The notes beneath the pieces are model-generated. The model was not told where the DNA came from, made no database searches, and saw only the letters and a program-made list of their open reading frames with translations. Positions 1-13,144 of a stretch of 64,000 nt of DNA are shown here, piece after piece. The first letter of the stretch is position 1; each line of letters begins with the position of its first letter. Position numbers and translations under genes: made by a program. Source of the DNA: Fimbriosthenelais zetlandica (Eukaryota); assembly GCA_977030845.1 (NCBI GenBank), contig OZ365116.1:22382001-22446000 (forward strand). The letters are read 5' to 3'.

Positions 1-1
1 G

Positions 2-193
2 CAATGTTTCGACTGTGCTGCTCTGAACCCGACCTGGGCCAGTGTAACGTATGGCGTGTTTGTGTGTATGGACTGCTCGGCCGTCCATCGCTCACTGGGT
101 GTTCACCTCACCTTCATCAGATCTACACAGCTTGACACGACCTGGACATGGATGCAGCTCCGAGCCATGCAAATAGGAGGCAATGCCAATGCT
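2..193 (+). CDS. ARFGAP2: ArfGAP exon (zinc finger QCFDC...GGNANA)
   Basis: Open frame from base 2; donor GCT|gtatgt at 194. Confidence 0.95.
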
Positions 194-3100
194 GTATGTA
201 TTATCTCATGTCTATACATGTATGTCAACTCCATTTTTCAAGCAAATATAATATAAGATCGAGAGTAGGAATCCACTACCCCAAAAGGGGTCGGATAATT
301 TTTTTTTTTTTGACCAGGTAGGAACAACATCCTCGAATTATAATATAAGATCTATCCTTTTCTTGCCTATATGACCATGTTTTCCTCATTTTTCAGACTG
401 CCTATTTCCGTCAACATGGATGCACTTCAACAGATGCCCAACAAAAATACAACAGCCGAGCCGCCACAATGTACAGAGAGAAGCTGCGCTCAGCTGCCAA
501 TAAGGCTATGCAAACTTACGGCACAAAGGTAAGAATAAAACCTTATATCTCTCCTTGATATAAAGTAGATTTGCTGTAAAATATATGATTGGCTTGATCA
601 ATGCATTAGCTAATATTACTGTCTAGTGTTGATATGAATTTTAGTTTGATCTGTCAGTGAGTAAGTGTAAAATACTGACCTGTATACGATGAGAGGTGGA
701 GATGATAAGGATGTTGTTAATGAGATCTACCTCTATGTTATATTGTGTAGGCTACAGGCAAGGTATGTTTCTTTAAACAAAGACTTGCAATAAACCCCGC
801 TTGACTCACTGAATGAGCTCTTACCTTTCATTGTGGGGCTCCCATGGCTCTCTGAAATAATGCATAATACAGTATAGTATTAAATTTAAGTCCTGAATCA
901 TTATTGTAACGAATTTGAACTGATATATTGTTGAAATATAAACTGGTGGGAGCCGGTCTGTCCGCTTGTAAACCCATGTCCTAGGTGAAGGGTTGAGAGG
1001 CATAAGATAGACAATTAAGATTATAATTATAAAGATATTAAAATATAATAAAACCAGTGGAAAGAATTATATTAACTTGGTCTATAAGAATCACTCCTAA
1101 AGAAGTGACCAATTTGTGTACCCAAATGTAAGCAGAGTAACCGTGAATAAAAGTCATATCAAAGTAAAATAGAATGAAAAAATGCCATGAACACATTCCT
1201 CCAATCATGGCTTTAAACTTGGCAGATGATAAATGGGTGAATAACTGAGAAATATGGCAAGAAGAAGTGCCCTACTCAACCTTGTCGTTGTAAGCTATTA
1301 GGGCTGCTCCTACCACATGCTCTCGCTTCTTGCTGCTCTAGTCTAGCCACATCATCTCTCCCCTAAATCTACGGGCTTAACATTTTAAAACCCTTTATTT
1401 TCATTTATGAACCACAGACTGTTGAGTATTTGCCCGTTCAAGTTTCAACACTTGCTTTTTCATTGTTCAAATTTTGACTCACTAAAATATGTGTTATCTC
1501 TAAATACAAAGATATATTGTCAATCTAACAAATATTCACTATAATATATTATGACCATATTTAAAAATCAATAGTGAATTCCAATGTATCTGACAAAGTC
1601 TCAGATGATGACAATATTTAATAAATATGCCACCACCCCAGAAGAAGGAAGTAGAATGTTTTATTTTTATTACATTACTTTCCTCCCATGCATGGGCTGG
1701 GGTTTGTAATATTATATACCTAGGGTCATGTTTTAAATACAGTTGGAAAATGAAAATGAAATAATGATATTACATAAACATGGATTCCCTAAGTGGGAAA
1801 TCTTAAAAATAAATGAAAAAGCTGCATAAAATACCAGTGTAAAATATATAAGTAGGAACCAAAAATTAAGCCACATTAAATTGTCAGGATATGTAAACTT
1901 TGAGCTCTAGCTCTATTATAGATTGATGGTGATTTTGAATGATTTCTTTTCTTCTTACAGCTTCATATAGAAGCGGGCCACCAGGAAGATGTCCACTCTC
2001 CTCCCCCTCTGGTGAAGGAGGTCGATTTCTTCAAGGAGCATCAAGAAGCTAAACTCTCCACTAATACAAATACGGAGGGTACCCAACCAGTACCCGCAGC
2101 CACCAACGGTACACGACATGTTCCAGGTACAGAATTATCTAATCTTCTCACCACCATAATAAATAAATAAAATAGAAATAAAAAAATAAACACAAATGTC
2201 TAAGATCCATGGATTATGTGGTCGATTCTTTGGCAAGTACTGTTGTAAAAACCCTAGTTAAGAATTACTTTTTATGTAACTTATAAAGTTTATATAATTC
2301 CCTGACCAATGTTAATTGACAGTTGCTGAAATAGACCCCACATCAGGACCTAGTGTAGAAGCTGCTCTCAGTACCTCCCCGACCCAGGCCGTGCTTGTAC
2401 AGGAGCCCCGCAAACCCACCATAGGTTCCCGTAAACCCGCCGCTACCAAGAAAGCCAAGGGCGTAAGTAAATTTATTTAATCTGGAAATTTTAAATTAAA
2501 TTTTATTTTTTGAATTAGTTTTCTTGAAATTTTATCACATCATAAATTATATGAGTCATAAATGAAATTTATGTCAGCGGAATTATTTGTCAGTTTTATT
2601 GGTAGCTGTTTTTTCATGTTTTATATTTTATATTTTTTTCAGTTAGGAGCTAAGAAAGGACTAGGAGCCCAGAAAGTGAAGGCAAATTTTAATGCTATAG
2701 AACAAGAAGCACAGGCCCGTGACAGGAACAGAGAGGAGGAGGCGGCCACGGCTGCGGCTAAAGCCGTCCTCACAAAGGAGGAGGAGGAGAAGAAAATGTA
2801 AGGTCACTTTATAAACTATTGCTAAGGGTTTCTGTGATAGAATTAGTACATACAAAGAGTATATACAATTAGAAAAGGAATTTTATAATATGACCCCCAA
2901 CGTCTGGGTTGATCAATATAATATTTGTTTTAAAAAAGTATATATAATATATTCATGTTTAGCACATTCCAGGGACATGTTCTGATTTCATGTATTTCTT
3001 TTTTTAACAGGGCATCTGTGAGGCTTGCCTATAAGGACTTGAGTTTGGAAAGCAAGCGTCAGGATGAAAAAATGAAAAAGATGGACCCCAAGAAACGAGA

Positions 3101-6100
3101 GCAAATGGAGCGACTGGGCATGGGCATGTTAGGTGGAGGAGGAGGGTGAGTATTCTATACATATAGTTGACACTGTTAACTATATGGAGGTGGTCTCTAG
3201 AGAGCGCCTCAAGAAAAAGATCTTCATTATTCGGAGACGTAACTTTCATGAATCAGGGGTGATCCCTAACATTGACGAACAATTACAAATAAATAAATGT
3301 TTTTTCTTCTGTTTTTCAGGAATATCAGCCACTCTCTGCTAAATGATATTAAGACCATTGACCAGGAGCCTACAATAGAGCGAGAGCGCAACAGCTACGG
3401 TTCACGAAACAGAGACTTCGAGGACGAGTTTGAATTCATAGGCGGCTTCTCCAGCGGACCTCCAAAGTATGGCTTTTAATGCCTATGTTATTATAACCCT
3501 GTACTGCACCTCGGTTATGATTTATTTTATGGTTTTCCACTTCTGTACATGGACCCTGCACCCCATGCATGCTTCATGGACCTAACCTTTGTTCCTCTTA
3601 AAATCATATTTGGATGTAGTGGTGATGTGTTGAAATAACCAAAACTCTACTCTATAGAGGGGGAATTAGGCTCAAGGTGGGTACATTGCAACATCATCTT
3701 ATCTTCATGGATCATCCCAAATTATCGAGATGAAATCTGAAATTAAGAAATTAAATATATATTTTTTTTAAAGTCAGTTTGGAGGGGTATATTGTGGAAG
3801 AAACAGTCGAGTTTTGATATGCGATTCCACAGTAGATATGATTGATTGAGACACGAGCATATGTAGAGCTGTATGGATGGTTTATTTTTTGTAATCCATT
3901 CCTCTGTTATGTGTGGTGTTTCTTTTATGAGAGATGTGCATGGTAAACTCCAGACAAAATATTAGGAAAAATGCATTTTCAAAACTCGATTGAAACTTTG
4001 ACTAAACTGGGATGATGCTCACTCTTTGACATGGAAAAAACACAATCTCTCACTAACCATCTATGTTTTTACTATTAAGGTAATATTTCTATTTTATATA
4101 TTCTTATAATTAAGTACTATTGTCGTTGTATATGTGTATTCATGGTTTAGTTGAAGCATTGCATTACATTAGCATCTACTACCGACAATTTGACTAGATG
4201 CTAGTAGACAAAAATATTAAAAATTGGTAAAGGGTCTGATAAATACAAATTTCACATCACATTTACAATCTTTTACAACTTAAGTACTCAATAGCTGGTG
4301 GGACTATTATTCATATATGATCTTGGAAAGTCCTACCAACCTATGATAAGAATGGAAAGTAAATGGTTGAAATTCGGCCATATATAATTTCTTTGAGACA
4401 ATAAGCTTGGTTGGTAAGAAAGTTGTAATGAATGAATATTTGTTTTGTGGATCAAAGTGACAAGTAGATGTAAAGTAGAGCTTACCGGGGGTGCTGTAAT
4501 GTAGTCTATATTATATATGATATCAGTGACTCACATCTGTGATATTCTACACAGCCCAGGGCTGGATATTTGACTTAAATGTCTGGGATTTATTCATTCT
4601 ATCTTCTTTGTTGTCATTCCACCATTTCCAGCACCTTTGACTCGGCGGAAAACCAGTAGGTGTCAGCACTGTGCCTTTAATGGTTCATGATCTAATGTCT
4701 TAACGTGGGTAACCTCTATATTAGTGTAGTGACAGGCCACTGGTCACTAGGTCCATTTATTGTCCACCTATCTCCACCTAGAAGTGTTTGGCTTTGACAT
4801 GGGGAGTATCGCTATACCAGAAAATAATTTTGATAAATTTATTTATGCACTGCTTGCGTGTATATAATGCATTTATCCTCTTTGATATTTATTTTCTGGA
4901 AATATTTTTGAAAAGGCATTTTATACATTTAATTCCTATTTTATGGACTGGTATTTTGATTTTATAATTTTGTATGTATTCTGTCCAAGTCTTATGAATG
5001 TTATTTTTAATTTTGCTGAGACTTCATTCAGTGTCTTTCTGTGCATACTTTGAAGCTTTTGATCTTCCTTGGTATATAAATATAATTTTTGCAGTACAAT
5101 GCCCACAGTGCATTAGCTCGGGTCATCCTAATTCAGCAGCTACCCGCATATAGCCTTAATAAGCACAGTGCCAGTATACACGTGCTGCTATTCATTGCAC
5201 TATATCTGATTTTGGCCTTTGGCTACACATGCATATGCCTTCACCTTTATTTTGAGCATCATTAAAAGAAAAATCCAAAGTGATAATTTTAAATACGCCC
5301 AAGGAATACATTCCAAGGAATTTATCCCAGCACAGAAATATTTAGATGAAGTAAATTAGCAAGACTTACTTAAGTATTTCTAAACGCTTATTTTTTTAAA
5401 TTAAACTGGTAAAAAGAAAAAAAAATATGAGAAAATAAATTAATATCTTATCCCAGCGTACTAAGTTAATACCAGAGTAGTGAGAGACATGCTTCTGTGA
5501 ACATTGTCACGCCTAATCCACCTATCAAATGAAAGCTTAATGCGACTGAGAAAATAAAAGCTTTGTGGAAAAATAATTTAGATCATAGTTGTTGTTCATA
5601 TCTTGCTATTATTTTTAAAGCCAATGTACACCTAAATTGTCTCCATGGAAATTCCTTTCAAAATTTAAAAATCCTCCAAATATAACAATGATTTGGCAGG
5701 ATGTATTTTATTTTCTCGTCGCGATAATTTGAGTACCGGTAGTATATATCACGTTGGGATAAGAAGTTGTCTCCATTTATTTAATTGACTTACTGGTGGT
5801 CATTGGAAAAGTGTATTTAATATAAGGTGTACATTCCTGGACAATACAGGAAAAGTGGGTGTTGGTATTTCGGTTGGATCCTGGTTGTCTAATGCATAAT
5901 TGGGGTTGAATGGCCTATACTAAGATTGAAATATTCGTCTGTATACTTTCTAGATAACTGACATCAAAAGATAATTAAATATATTGTGTGAAGATCCGTA
6001 AAATTTATTATTAACAACACATACCATAAAATATAAATACCACACAAATGACCCACATGAACACAACTTCAGTTTTATGATGAATCGATCCAAATAATGT

Positions 6101-9100
6101 ATAAATGTATAGCTTTGGGAGAAATATATAATACCAAAGAACTCTCTTAAATACTAGGATAGAGTACTGATATACAGTATGTTTTAGACATAATATGTAC
6201 AATGTGAAGTATTTATGAAGTGATGTGCAGGTTTTATAAATGAAATATGATAATTTCCATTCCTGTTTTCAGATATAATGACAGTCCTTTTGGTCTGAAG
6301 AAGGAGGACCGGTACAGTAACTGGGGTTCGTCTAAAACTAGTGCCTGGGATTCAGGAGATAAATATGACAGTAAACCTACTGTTATTGAGGAGATCCCTG
6401 CAGCCAAAGACGACGACAGGTGAGTAACATCTAGTCCAGAAATCTCATTTTTACTTTAGTTTGACCTGTATACTATATACTTCAGTGGATTTATCTTGTA
6501 TTTTAATATTTTGTAGGTCGGGTCGGAGTAGAAAAAATTATGACGTGTCAACGTCAGATGAAGCACAGAAAAAGTTTGGCAGCGCCAAGGCCATCTCTTC
6601 AGATCAGTTCTTCCATAAAGATTCTGATGTAAGTGTAGACTTCCTTCGTAAAATGCTGCTAACAAAGGCTAGTCGTATCTCCTTCTGCTTACTGTTGTAA
6701 GAGGCATGTATTGGAACCATTGCTGCCGTTTCAGAAGCTATGTTTCCTCTCCTATATATTTACTGTATAAATGACTGTATAAATGGCGTATCTTAATAAT
6801 ATATTCCTTTCATTTCAGTTTGAAATGCGTCAGAACTTGAGCAAATTTGAAGGGAAAGCCAGTATTTCTAGTGCTGAATATTTCGGTAATGGACCTTCCT
6901 CTGCTTCCAACCGTAATCAGTATGGGTCGAATGCAGGCCCAGACCTAGCTGAGATCAAGGAGGGTGTGAGGCAGGGGGTGACCAAGGTGGCTGGAAAACT
7001 CTCAAGTCTAGCTAACGGTGTTATGAGCTCTATACAGGTAGGTTCTTACAGTTTACAGTTCCTAACATACAGTATTCATTCACTGACTCTCTCATAATTA
7101 TTGAGTAAGATCAAGAAAACCACTGCTAGAAACTTTAATTTGATAGCCGCCATATTTCTAAAAACGCACCAGGAAGTGACGTTTTATGTGCTGCTGATCA
7201 ATTCTGACCAATCAGAGGCCACTAATCCCTGCTTGCTAGCTCTGCTCTGTACAAAGGTGACCTCTTGTGAAAAAGACCCAAACTATCTCCTTCATTCTGA
7301 TTGGCTACTCCAACATCTTGGAGAAAACAAGGTGTCCATCCAACATATTTTGGTGAATAGATCAGTTTGGATCTTTATTAATACTTTCTGGGTTATTCAT
7401 GAACTCCAAACAAGCCAATGTATTTCCCCCTTTGCCTCTCTTGCTGGTGTGAGAGTTCATATTCCTTGAACAAAGGATGTTCATGGCCGAAATGGTTTGA
7501 AACATTTCTAGAAACCTGCAGCCCTAAATGTGTATTCAAAGGTTTTAGTGTAAATGTATATTACATGTTTGCAGTTATGACTAGAGATTTGAGTGCCAGT
7601 CAGTTTATCGACATCTTATTTTTCTAAACATAAATAACCGATAGTATCTTTCTTTGAATTAATATCGACTACAAATCATTAACAAGTTCCATAGTCAATG
7701 TATAGTGATAAAATAATATGTTAACTCTTTTAGGAACTAGTAATTATGATTAAGTTAACCTGTAGTAGCGTTGGATGGATTTTTAAATCGGTGGTAGTTC
7801 TGGAAATTTTAACTTTCCCTGGTTGCGTTTGCAGACTGCGAATAAAAGCAGCCGAGACGAGACTCTCTATGTTATCCCCGCGGTCAGTCAACACTGTGTG
7901 ACATTTTACTGACACTTTCCCTTCATCTTGGTTTTCAACAATTTCCTTTCATCTTTTATACCTTGTTTTCCCCATAGGCATATGACTACTAAATAAATGT
8001 ATTATCCAAGATAAAATAGTTAATGAAAAGGCGGATTTTTATGTTGGATTTTTTAATTATTATTTGAGATTGGCAAGTAAAATTTATAGATCTTCGGGAA
8101 GTTTAAATAAGAAAAAATAAAAGTTTTTCAATTGGAAATTTTAAAGAACAAAAAATATGAAAAACATAAAGAACCCCTTTTAGTCATATTTTATCAGTTA
8201 GCTAACTTGCATAGGCTTTTCTTTTCCATCAAAATCAATTCTGGAAATCACAAATATTTTATTTGTTTCATGATATAATTTCAGCATTCTTAGCAAAAGA
8301 CTGCATAACATGCACTCAGCATGCCATCTCCTTTGAATTTAGCAGCACATTCATGTAAAAGATCGAAATGCTCTTTGAAATGCATTAACACTTCTTCAAC
8401 TCAGTGGATTCTGTCTTATGTTTTTGAAATCTCTTCAATTAAAATTAATCTTCTGTCATCTACGCGTGACCAGGGAAAGTTGTATTAGTGCCTTGTGTAA
8501 TGAAAAACAGTAGAAAATAGATTTAATATCTGATTGTAATGTTTAAATTCAGCTGAAATTTCCTTAAGATAAATAGAACTAAAGCGTGGTTGTTTTTGGT
8601 GAATTTTAACCATGTTGTTGAAGGTTGACTGATTGCCCTTTGTTTGATTCGTTCTTTACTGACATTTCACATTGTACAGAAATAGGCAAGTATCCTCACC
8701 TCTCCTAACACCCACATAGTCCAGTTTTTTTTGTTTTTTTAATTGTCGTGAGTGATTCCCCTGGGTTTGGAGCAGTATATTATACCCCTCACCCACCAAT
8801 GTCAGACTTACTATGCCACGTCCAGTTTATACAGCATACTTTTCATTTAGATCATCCTTTGGTTAATTTACCTAATGAATTATGACTATTTAAATCATAT
8901 GAAATGAGTAGCGGAATTGAAAAGTTTGAGCAATATTGCAATATATGCTGGCACGTGCATAGCTAGTCTCTTGTATTTCCCCATTATTTTGTTTTCATTT
9001 TGAATATACAAAGGGATTTGCAGATGGTTTTGCACAATCACAAAGTTGCTACCTGAGCCCACAGACCCCGGTGTGGAAATATAAATGACTGTCCCTCAAT

Positions 9101-9892
9101 CTGACAACCCACTTGTTATTTCTTCTCAATCTATGAAAAGCAAAGAAGCTTTTGAATGAAAGAAGTTGGACCCACTTACTATTCACTTCACATATACGTA
9201 TTTTCTACTCACTATTTATTTTAATTTGCACATTTTCAGCGTAAAAATTGATAAGGCTTGAAAGGAGCTGCAGATTAGGTACATGAAAATTAGCGTTAAT
9301 GAAATCGGTGCTGGTTTCAATTTTGATCTTCCCTCATATTCCTACCGTCTTTACAATCATTATCAGCTCTTGCTTTTGATAAAGGAAACAAAGCCCTGAA
9401 TATATCGTACAAATATATGTTTTATTTTAACCATGAGAAAAATGCACGGATTTTTATTATTTGGGATGATTTTTTCTTCCTCGTCCTTCCCTCCTATTTC
9501 CATTCTCTTTTAACGTCTTCCTTCTTCCCTTACCACTTTTACAGTATATTTGTTATGGTGGCACCGGTTTATCTATTCTAAACCTGTCAGCTATTTTTCT
9601 ATATATAGAATAAGAACACGGGGGACTGGGGTGAATTACCGTTTCTTTGCTCCTTTAAAATAATCATTAACTTCTTTTGAGGTATAATACGGTATTGATT
9701 CTAGAATATCACGAATGTTTGAATATTAAATGGGGAATCTGGTATAGCACAAGATCTGACAGTTCCATAATGGTAATACCTTGATAATATCATGTTTATG
9801 CATAGAACACAAATAAGATGTAATAATAACGGACATTTGATGAATATTGTGTAACTCAGTCATTGTTTGGATTCCAGGATCACTATGGATAG
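2..9892 (+). CDS. ARFGAP2: ADP-ribosylation factor GTPase-activating protein 2/3 (Glo3-type), 5'-partial; 11 coding exons in window
   Basis: Phase-consistent GT-AG chain 2-193, 397-528, 1961-2126, 2323-2462, 2643-2797, 3011-3145, 3320-3466, 6273-6419, 6517-6628, 6819-7037, 9878-9892 = 1560 nt (519 aa + stop). ArfGAP zinc finger (CFDC...[21 protein letters not shown]), [18 protein letters not shown], two Glo3 motifs ([17 protein letters not shown]), C-terminus SSIQDHYG*. Equally orthologous to ARFGAP3. Confidence 0.95.
397..528 (+). CDS. ARFGAP2: ArfGAP exon (TAYFRQHG...YGTK)
   Basis: tttcag acceptor, AAG|gtaaga donor, 44 codons. Confidence 0.95.
1961..2126 (+). CDS. ARFGAP2: ArfGAP exon (LHIEAGH...KEVDFFKEH...)
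   Basis: cttacag acceptor, CAG|gtacag donor, ends phase 1; an in-phase alternative donor exists at 2109. Confidence 0.85.
2323..2462 (+). CDS. ARFGAP2: ArfGAP exon ([16 protein letters not shown]...KKAKG)
   Basis: ttgacag acceptor, GGC|gtaagt donor, phase 1 to 0. Confidence 0.9.
2643..2797 (+). CDS. ARFGAP2: ArfGAP exon ([12 protein letters not shown]...EEEEKK)
   Basis: tttttcag acceptor, AT|gtaagg donor. Confidence 0.95.
3011..3145 (+). CDS. ARFGAP2: ArfGAP exon ([10 protein letters not shown]...ERLGMG)
   Basis: taacag acceptor, GG|gtgagt donor, phase 2 to 2. Confidence 0.95.
3320..3466 (+). CDS. ARFGAP2: ArfGAP exon ([16 protein letters not shown]...GPP)
   Basis: tttttcag acceptor, AA|gtatgg donor, phase 2 to 2. 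Confidence 0.9.
6273..6419 (+). CDS. ARFGAP2: ArfGAP exon ([12 protein letters not shown]...KDDD)
   Basis: gttttcag acceptor, AG|gtgagt donor, open phase 2 to 2; too short for the ORF track. Confidence 0.9.
6517..6628 (+). CDS. ARFGAP2: ArfGAP exon ([19 protein letters not shown])
   Basis: ttgtag acceptor, GAT|gtaagt donor; first Glo3 motif. Confidence 0.95.
6819..7037 (+). CDS. ARFGAP2: ArfGAP exon ([23 protein letters not shown]...VMSSIQ)
   Basis: catttcag acceptor, CAG|gtaggt donor; second Glo3 motif and C-terminal amphipathic helix region. Confidence 0.95.
7146..7470 (+). mobile_element. Second copy of the same MITE family (ArfGAP last intron)
   Basis: ctgaccaatcagaggccactaatccctgcttgctagctctgctctgtacaaaggtgacctc...ccaacatcttgga aligns with 53117-53240; decayed right TIR gttcatattccttgaa at 7455-7470. 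Confidence 0.65.
9878..9892 (+). CDS. ARFGAP2: ArfGAP terminal coding exon (DHYG*)
   Basis: attccag|GAT CAC TAT GGA TAG, matching the DRYGS-type ending of vertebrate ARFGAP2/3; first downstream AATAAA I found is 12162-12167 (3'UTR ~2.3 kb). Confidence 0.8.
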   Translation, partial: DHYG

Positions 9893-12228
9893 GAAGAAGA
9901 GTAGTGCTGCCCCCAGAATAGCAAATATCACACACCCACTCATGTCCACTCATCACATTCTACGACTCTTGTATACTGGGTGGACCACTCCACCCTCCCT
10001 CCACCACCACCCCCCACCACCTCCTACTACTCCATCACCACCTCTCATGGTAGGAGCTGCTCTTTGACAAGGCTGAGCCACTCACTCCCATCAACGTCCA
10101 GCCACACCATCTTACTGCCGTCATAGAAGGCTATGTATAGACACCGTCACACCTGTTGGGGCTTTGTCTTCTGTATTTATGTGATGCTTACATCCTCTAT
10201 TCAGAGTCATATGATTACTGTGTTAAATGAAATGAATGCTTGCCATATTATTCTATAAAAATGTAGAAAAAAACATTTTAAATTTCATAGATTATGGATT
10301 ATGATAGACAAGGAAAATAATGATATAAATATTTCTATACATAAATACTTATATACCTACTTGTGTTTAGAAAAAATATTTAATTCGATCCAATCAAATT
10401 TTGTATTTAATCTTATTTGGTGTCTTGATGACGTTAAAGGATTCTCTTGAAGTGGTCTGCTACATGTCCTTTAAATTAGGGAAGATTGAGTACAAAATAA
10501 TCTTTGATACAGAAGGCTGTATGGGTGGGTGGCTCTTGACCAGAGTGAAAATGCCTCCTTGCATATTTGTACCATGTAACCCAACTAATGCACCAGGCTA
10601 TAAGAGGGAATCTACCATGATAGAGTGGCAATGGTCATCATTGTATCTGCTGCTGTTGATCTATACATTATATTATGTAATGTGAGGCTTGGGGTGGGAT
10701 GTAAATAGTATATCTTATATAGGATTATTTAGAGTTTGTCTGAATCTGATATGTATTGTATGACAACTTAGGGTCCGTCACTGCATTCTGTGATCCTGAT
10801 ACATAGATATCTATCCTGACAAGACTGGAGGTTTCTCATGATCAAGGTGGCATGGTCCTGACCAGGACAAGATTTAAGTTCAAGTACATGGCATATAGTA
10901 ACTATTTTCATGACTTTATGGTACTGGGGAAATATACTGACTGTACTAATATGATACTGGGTCTTTTTGACAGTGCTTGGTGAAAGTAACTTGTACTGTT
11001 ATTAAGTACCTTATATGCTATTTAAACCTGCTTTTTTGAAGTACAATTACTTGTATCTGTACATGGGCACCCAGTACTGATGGTTCTATATTTCAGTGCC
11101 CACTCCAAGCATGTCACCAGGGCTGTTCATTATTAGCCATTTGGATTTGAATCACCAATCCATTGATGGATCAGTGATCAATTATTTCATTTTTTCACAA
11201 AGAAAGATAAGAGGACATTGAGGTCAAACATTGTAAATATCTGGCTTGGACATGAAAGCTTTATAATAATACTCTGTACCAGCTAATGTGCAGTGCAGCA
11301 CACTATAGGGTCCTCATAATGGAGCCCTGTGAGATCCACATTAATACAAGGTGGTACAGGATATACTCTCTGTACATGAACCCTCTACAATAATCTTTAT
11401 GTTGGCTGGCCACATTAGGCCTGATCATGACTACATTGTTTTCATTCCTCTATTATTTGTGTGTTTTAAGCTGGGCCTGCTTTACTTTCTTCTTGTGTTG
11501 AAATTCTAAAAATAAGATTTCTTTTTCTTCTGTTGACAATATTTGTAATAATTGCTAGTCTGATGATTCGCACATGTAGTGTTGTAGAACAATATCTATT
11601 ATGATTTGATTGGATTACGAGGTGTGTATGGTTAACCCTGTCTAATGAAGTGCTCTTTATATAATATGGGTATCGCTAATTGAGCTAATCCTGTCATAGT
11701 GTTGATCTTTCATTTGAGCTGTTGAGAATCATTGCCATGTGTGGGTCATAATCACTTTACTCTTATTTACCTTCAGTTTACAGTTCAATCTTAGCATGGA
11801 CGGGACATATATTTACCTTTTCCTTTGTCTAAATTTGAGTCGTGCTCTTGTCCGTATAGATTACAAAGCACGTTTCAGTTTGAGATGTTAACTTGAATAT
11901 TTCTCGTAAATTGTTAAATATTATTTTCAGAAGAAAAAAGATTATTTGGGATTTGTATGTACTTAGGTAAAGTTCACAGTCCGTCTGGATATGGGATGTG
12001 AACGGTGCCATAAGAAAAGTCTATACTGACAAATCTAAACAATTATTAAAGCGATTTATGTTTATATAAAGCTGTGGGTTTATATTCATCTTTACAATAA
12101 TCTGTGGGGACATGTACACATACTTCATAAGGGATTATATGTATAGGATATACATCAATACAATAAAATTTAAATTAAATAATTAAGTTATTTCTCTATA
12201 ATTGTGTGCAGTCCCAAGTCTGTATGAA

Positions 12229-12290
12229 GGACTCATGGCTCTGGTAGAGTGTTTAAGTTGAATGTGGAAGGTCGCCGGTTCAATTCCCAA
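12229..12290 (+). mobile_element. Degenerate tRNA-like (SINE head) fragment
   Basis: A-box-like TGGCTCTGGTAG 12236-12247 and B-box-like GGTTCAATTCC 12277-12287; no complete cloverleaf. Confidence 0.4.
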
Positions 12291-12950
12291 ACCATTCTCC
12301 ATAGGTTTTGTGCGTTTTACAATCAGAAGTCTCGCACCACTAACATATTTATAAATATTTATTTAATCGTTCAATAATAACAAGTTTTCATTCAAATATA
12401 TCACAACTATATATGGCATATGCTCATAAAATATTAACATTAATATTATATTATATACATGTGCTTTTTAACAAAGAATTCTACAACTTGCGTACAATGT
12501 ATATATATTATATCATTGGGTCGAATTGTCTCCTAACAATGTATGACAATATATTCAGGGTCAAGGGTATGAAGGGCCCAGGAATATACAAGTAGCCTGA
12601 TATTGTGCAGCATGCGTGCCAAGAGAATTACTTGTTACTTAACAAACAATATCCCAAGCTTATCTCAAGATAAGATATTGGCATCAGCAAATAAATATTT
12701 GGATAATACACAGGGCATATAAATTCATTATGCTACGAATCTGTATAACCAACTAAAATTATCTTTAACATCACATTCTTTGAATTACATTTATACAAAA
12801 TATGAAAATATTAAAAAATTGATATATATTGATTGATAGATATTGACTATAAGTAGTGGGTCTCTGTCATGCTGATGTGCCTTCGTTAACACTGCCTTCA
12901 ACGGGGCCAATCTCTATATACAGCCGCTTGGTATTAGTTGGGACTAAAGG

Positions 12951-13144
12951 TTAAGATATGGTCCATACTTGTGAGGGACTTTTCTTCACTGGTCTTCGTT
13001 CAGCTGGTGTGAGAGGGACCACAGTGACGACTGTCGTTCGGTTTGATTCGACCCACATTCGGCAGACAGTAGCAAACTTGTGACAGAAATAAAGGATGGC
13101 ACCCAGATAGGTGCCAGCTGACACCATGACTAGAGTCATGAGAC
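12951..13144 (-). CDS. MARCH-like TM2/terminal exon (GLMTLVMVS...VWTIS*)
   Basis: atttcag acceptor, phase 1, TAA stop. Confidence 0.9.

Noticed and set aside
5623-5835. 11-bp inverted repeat (aatgtacacct / aggtgtacatt) as a MITE
   Set aside because: Short, no target-site duplication and no second copy seen
12229-12290. tRNA gene
   Set aside because: Box motifs are present but acceptor and anticodon stems cannot be formed
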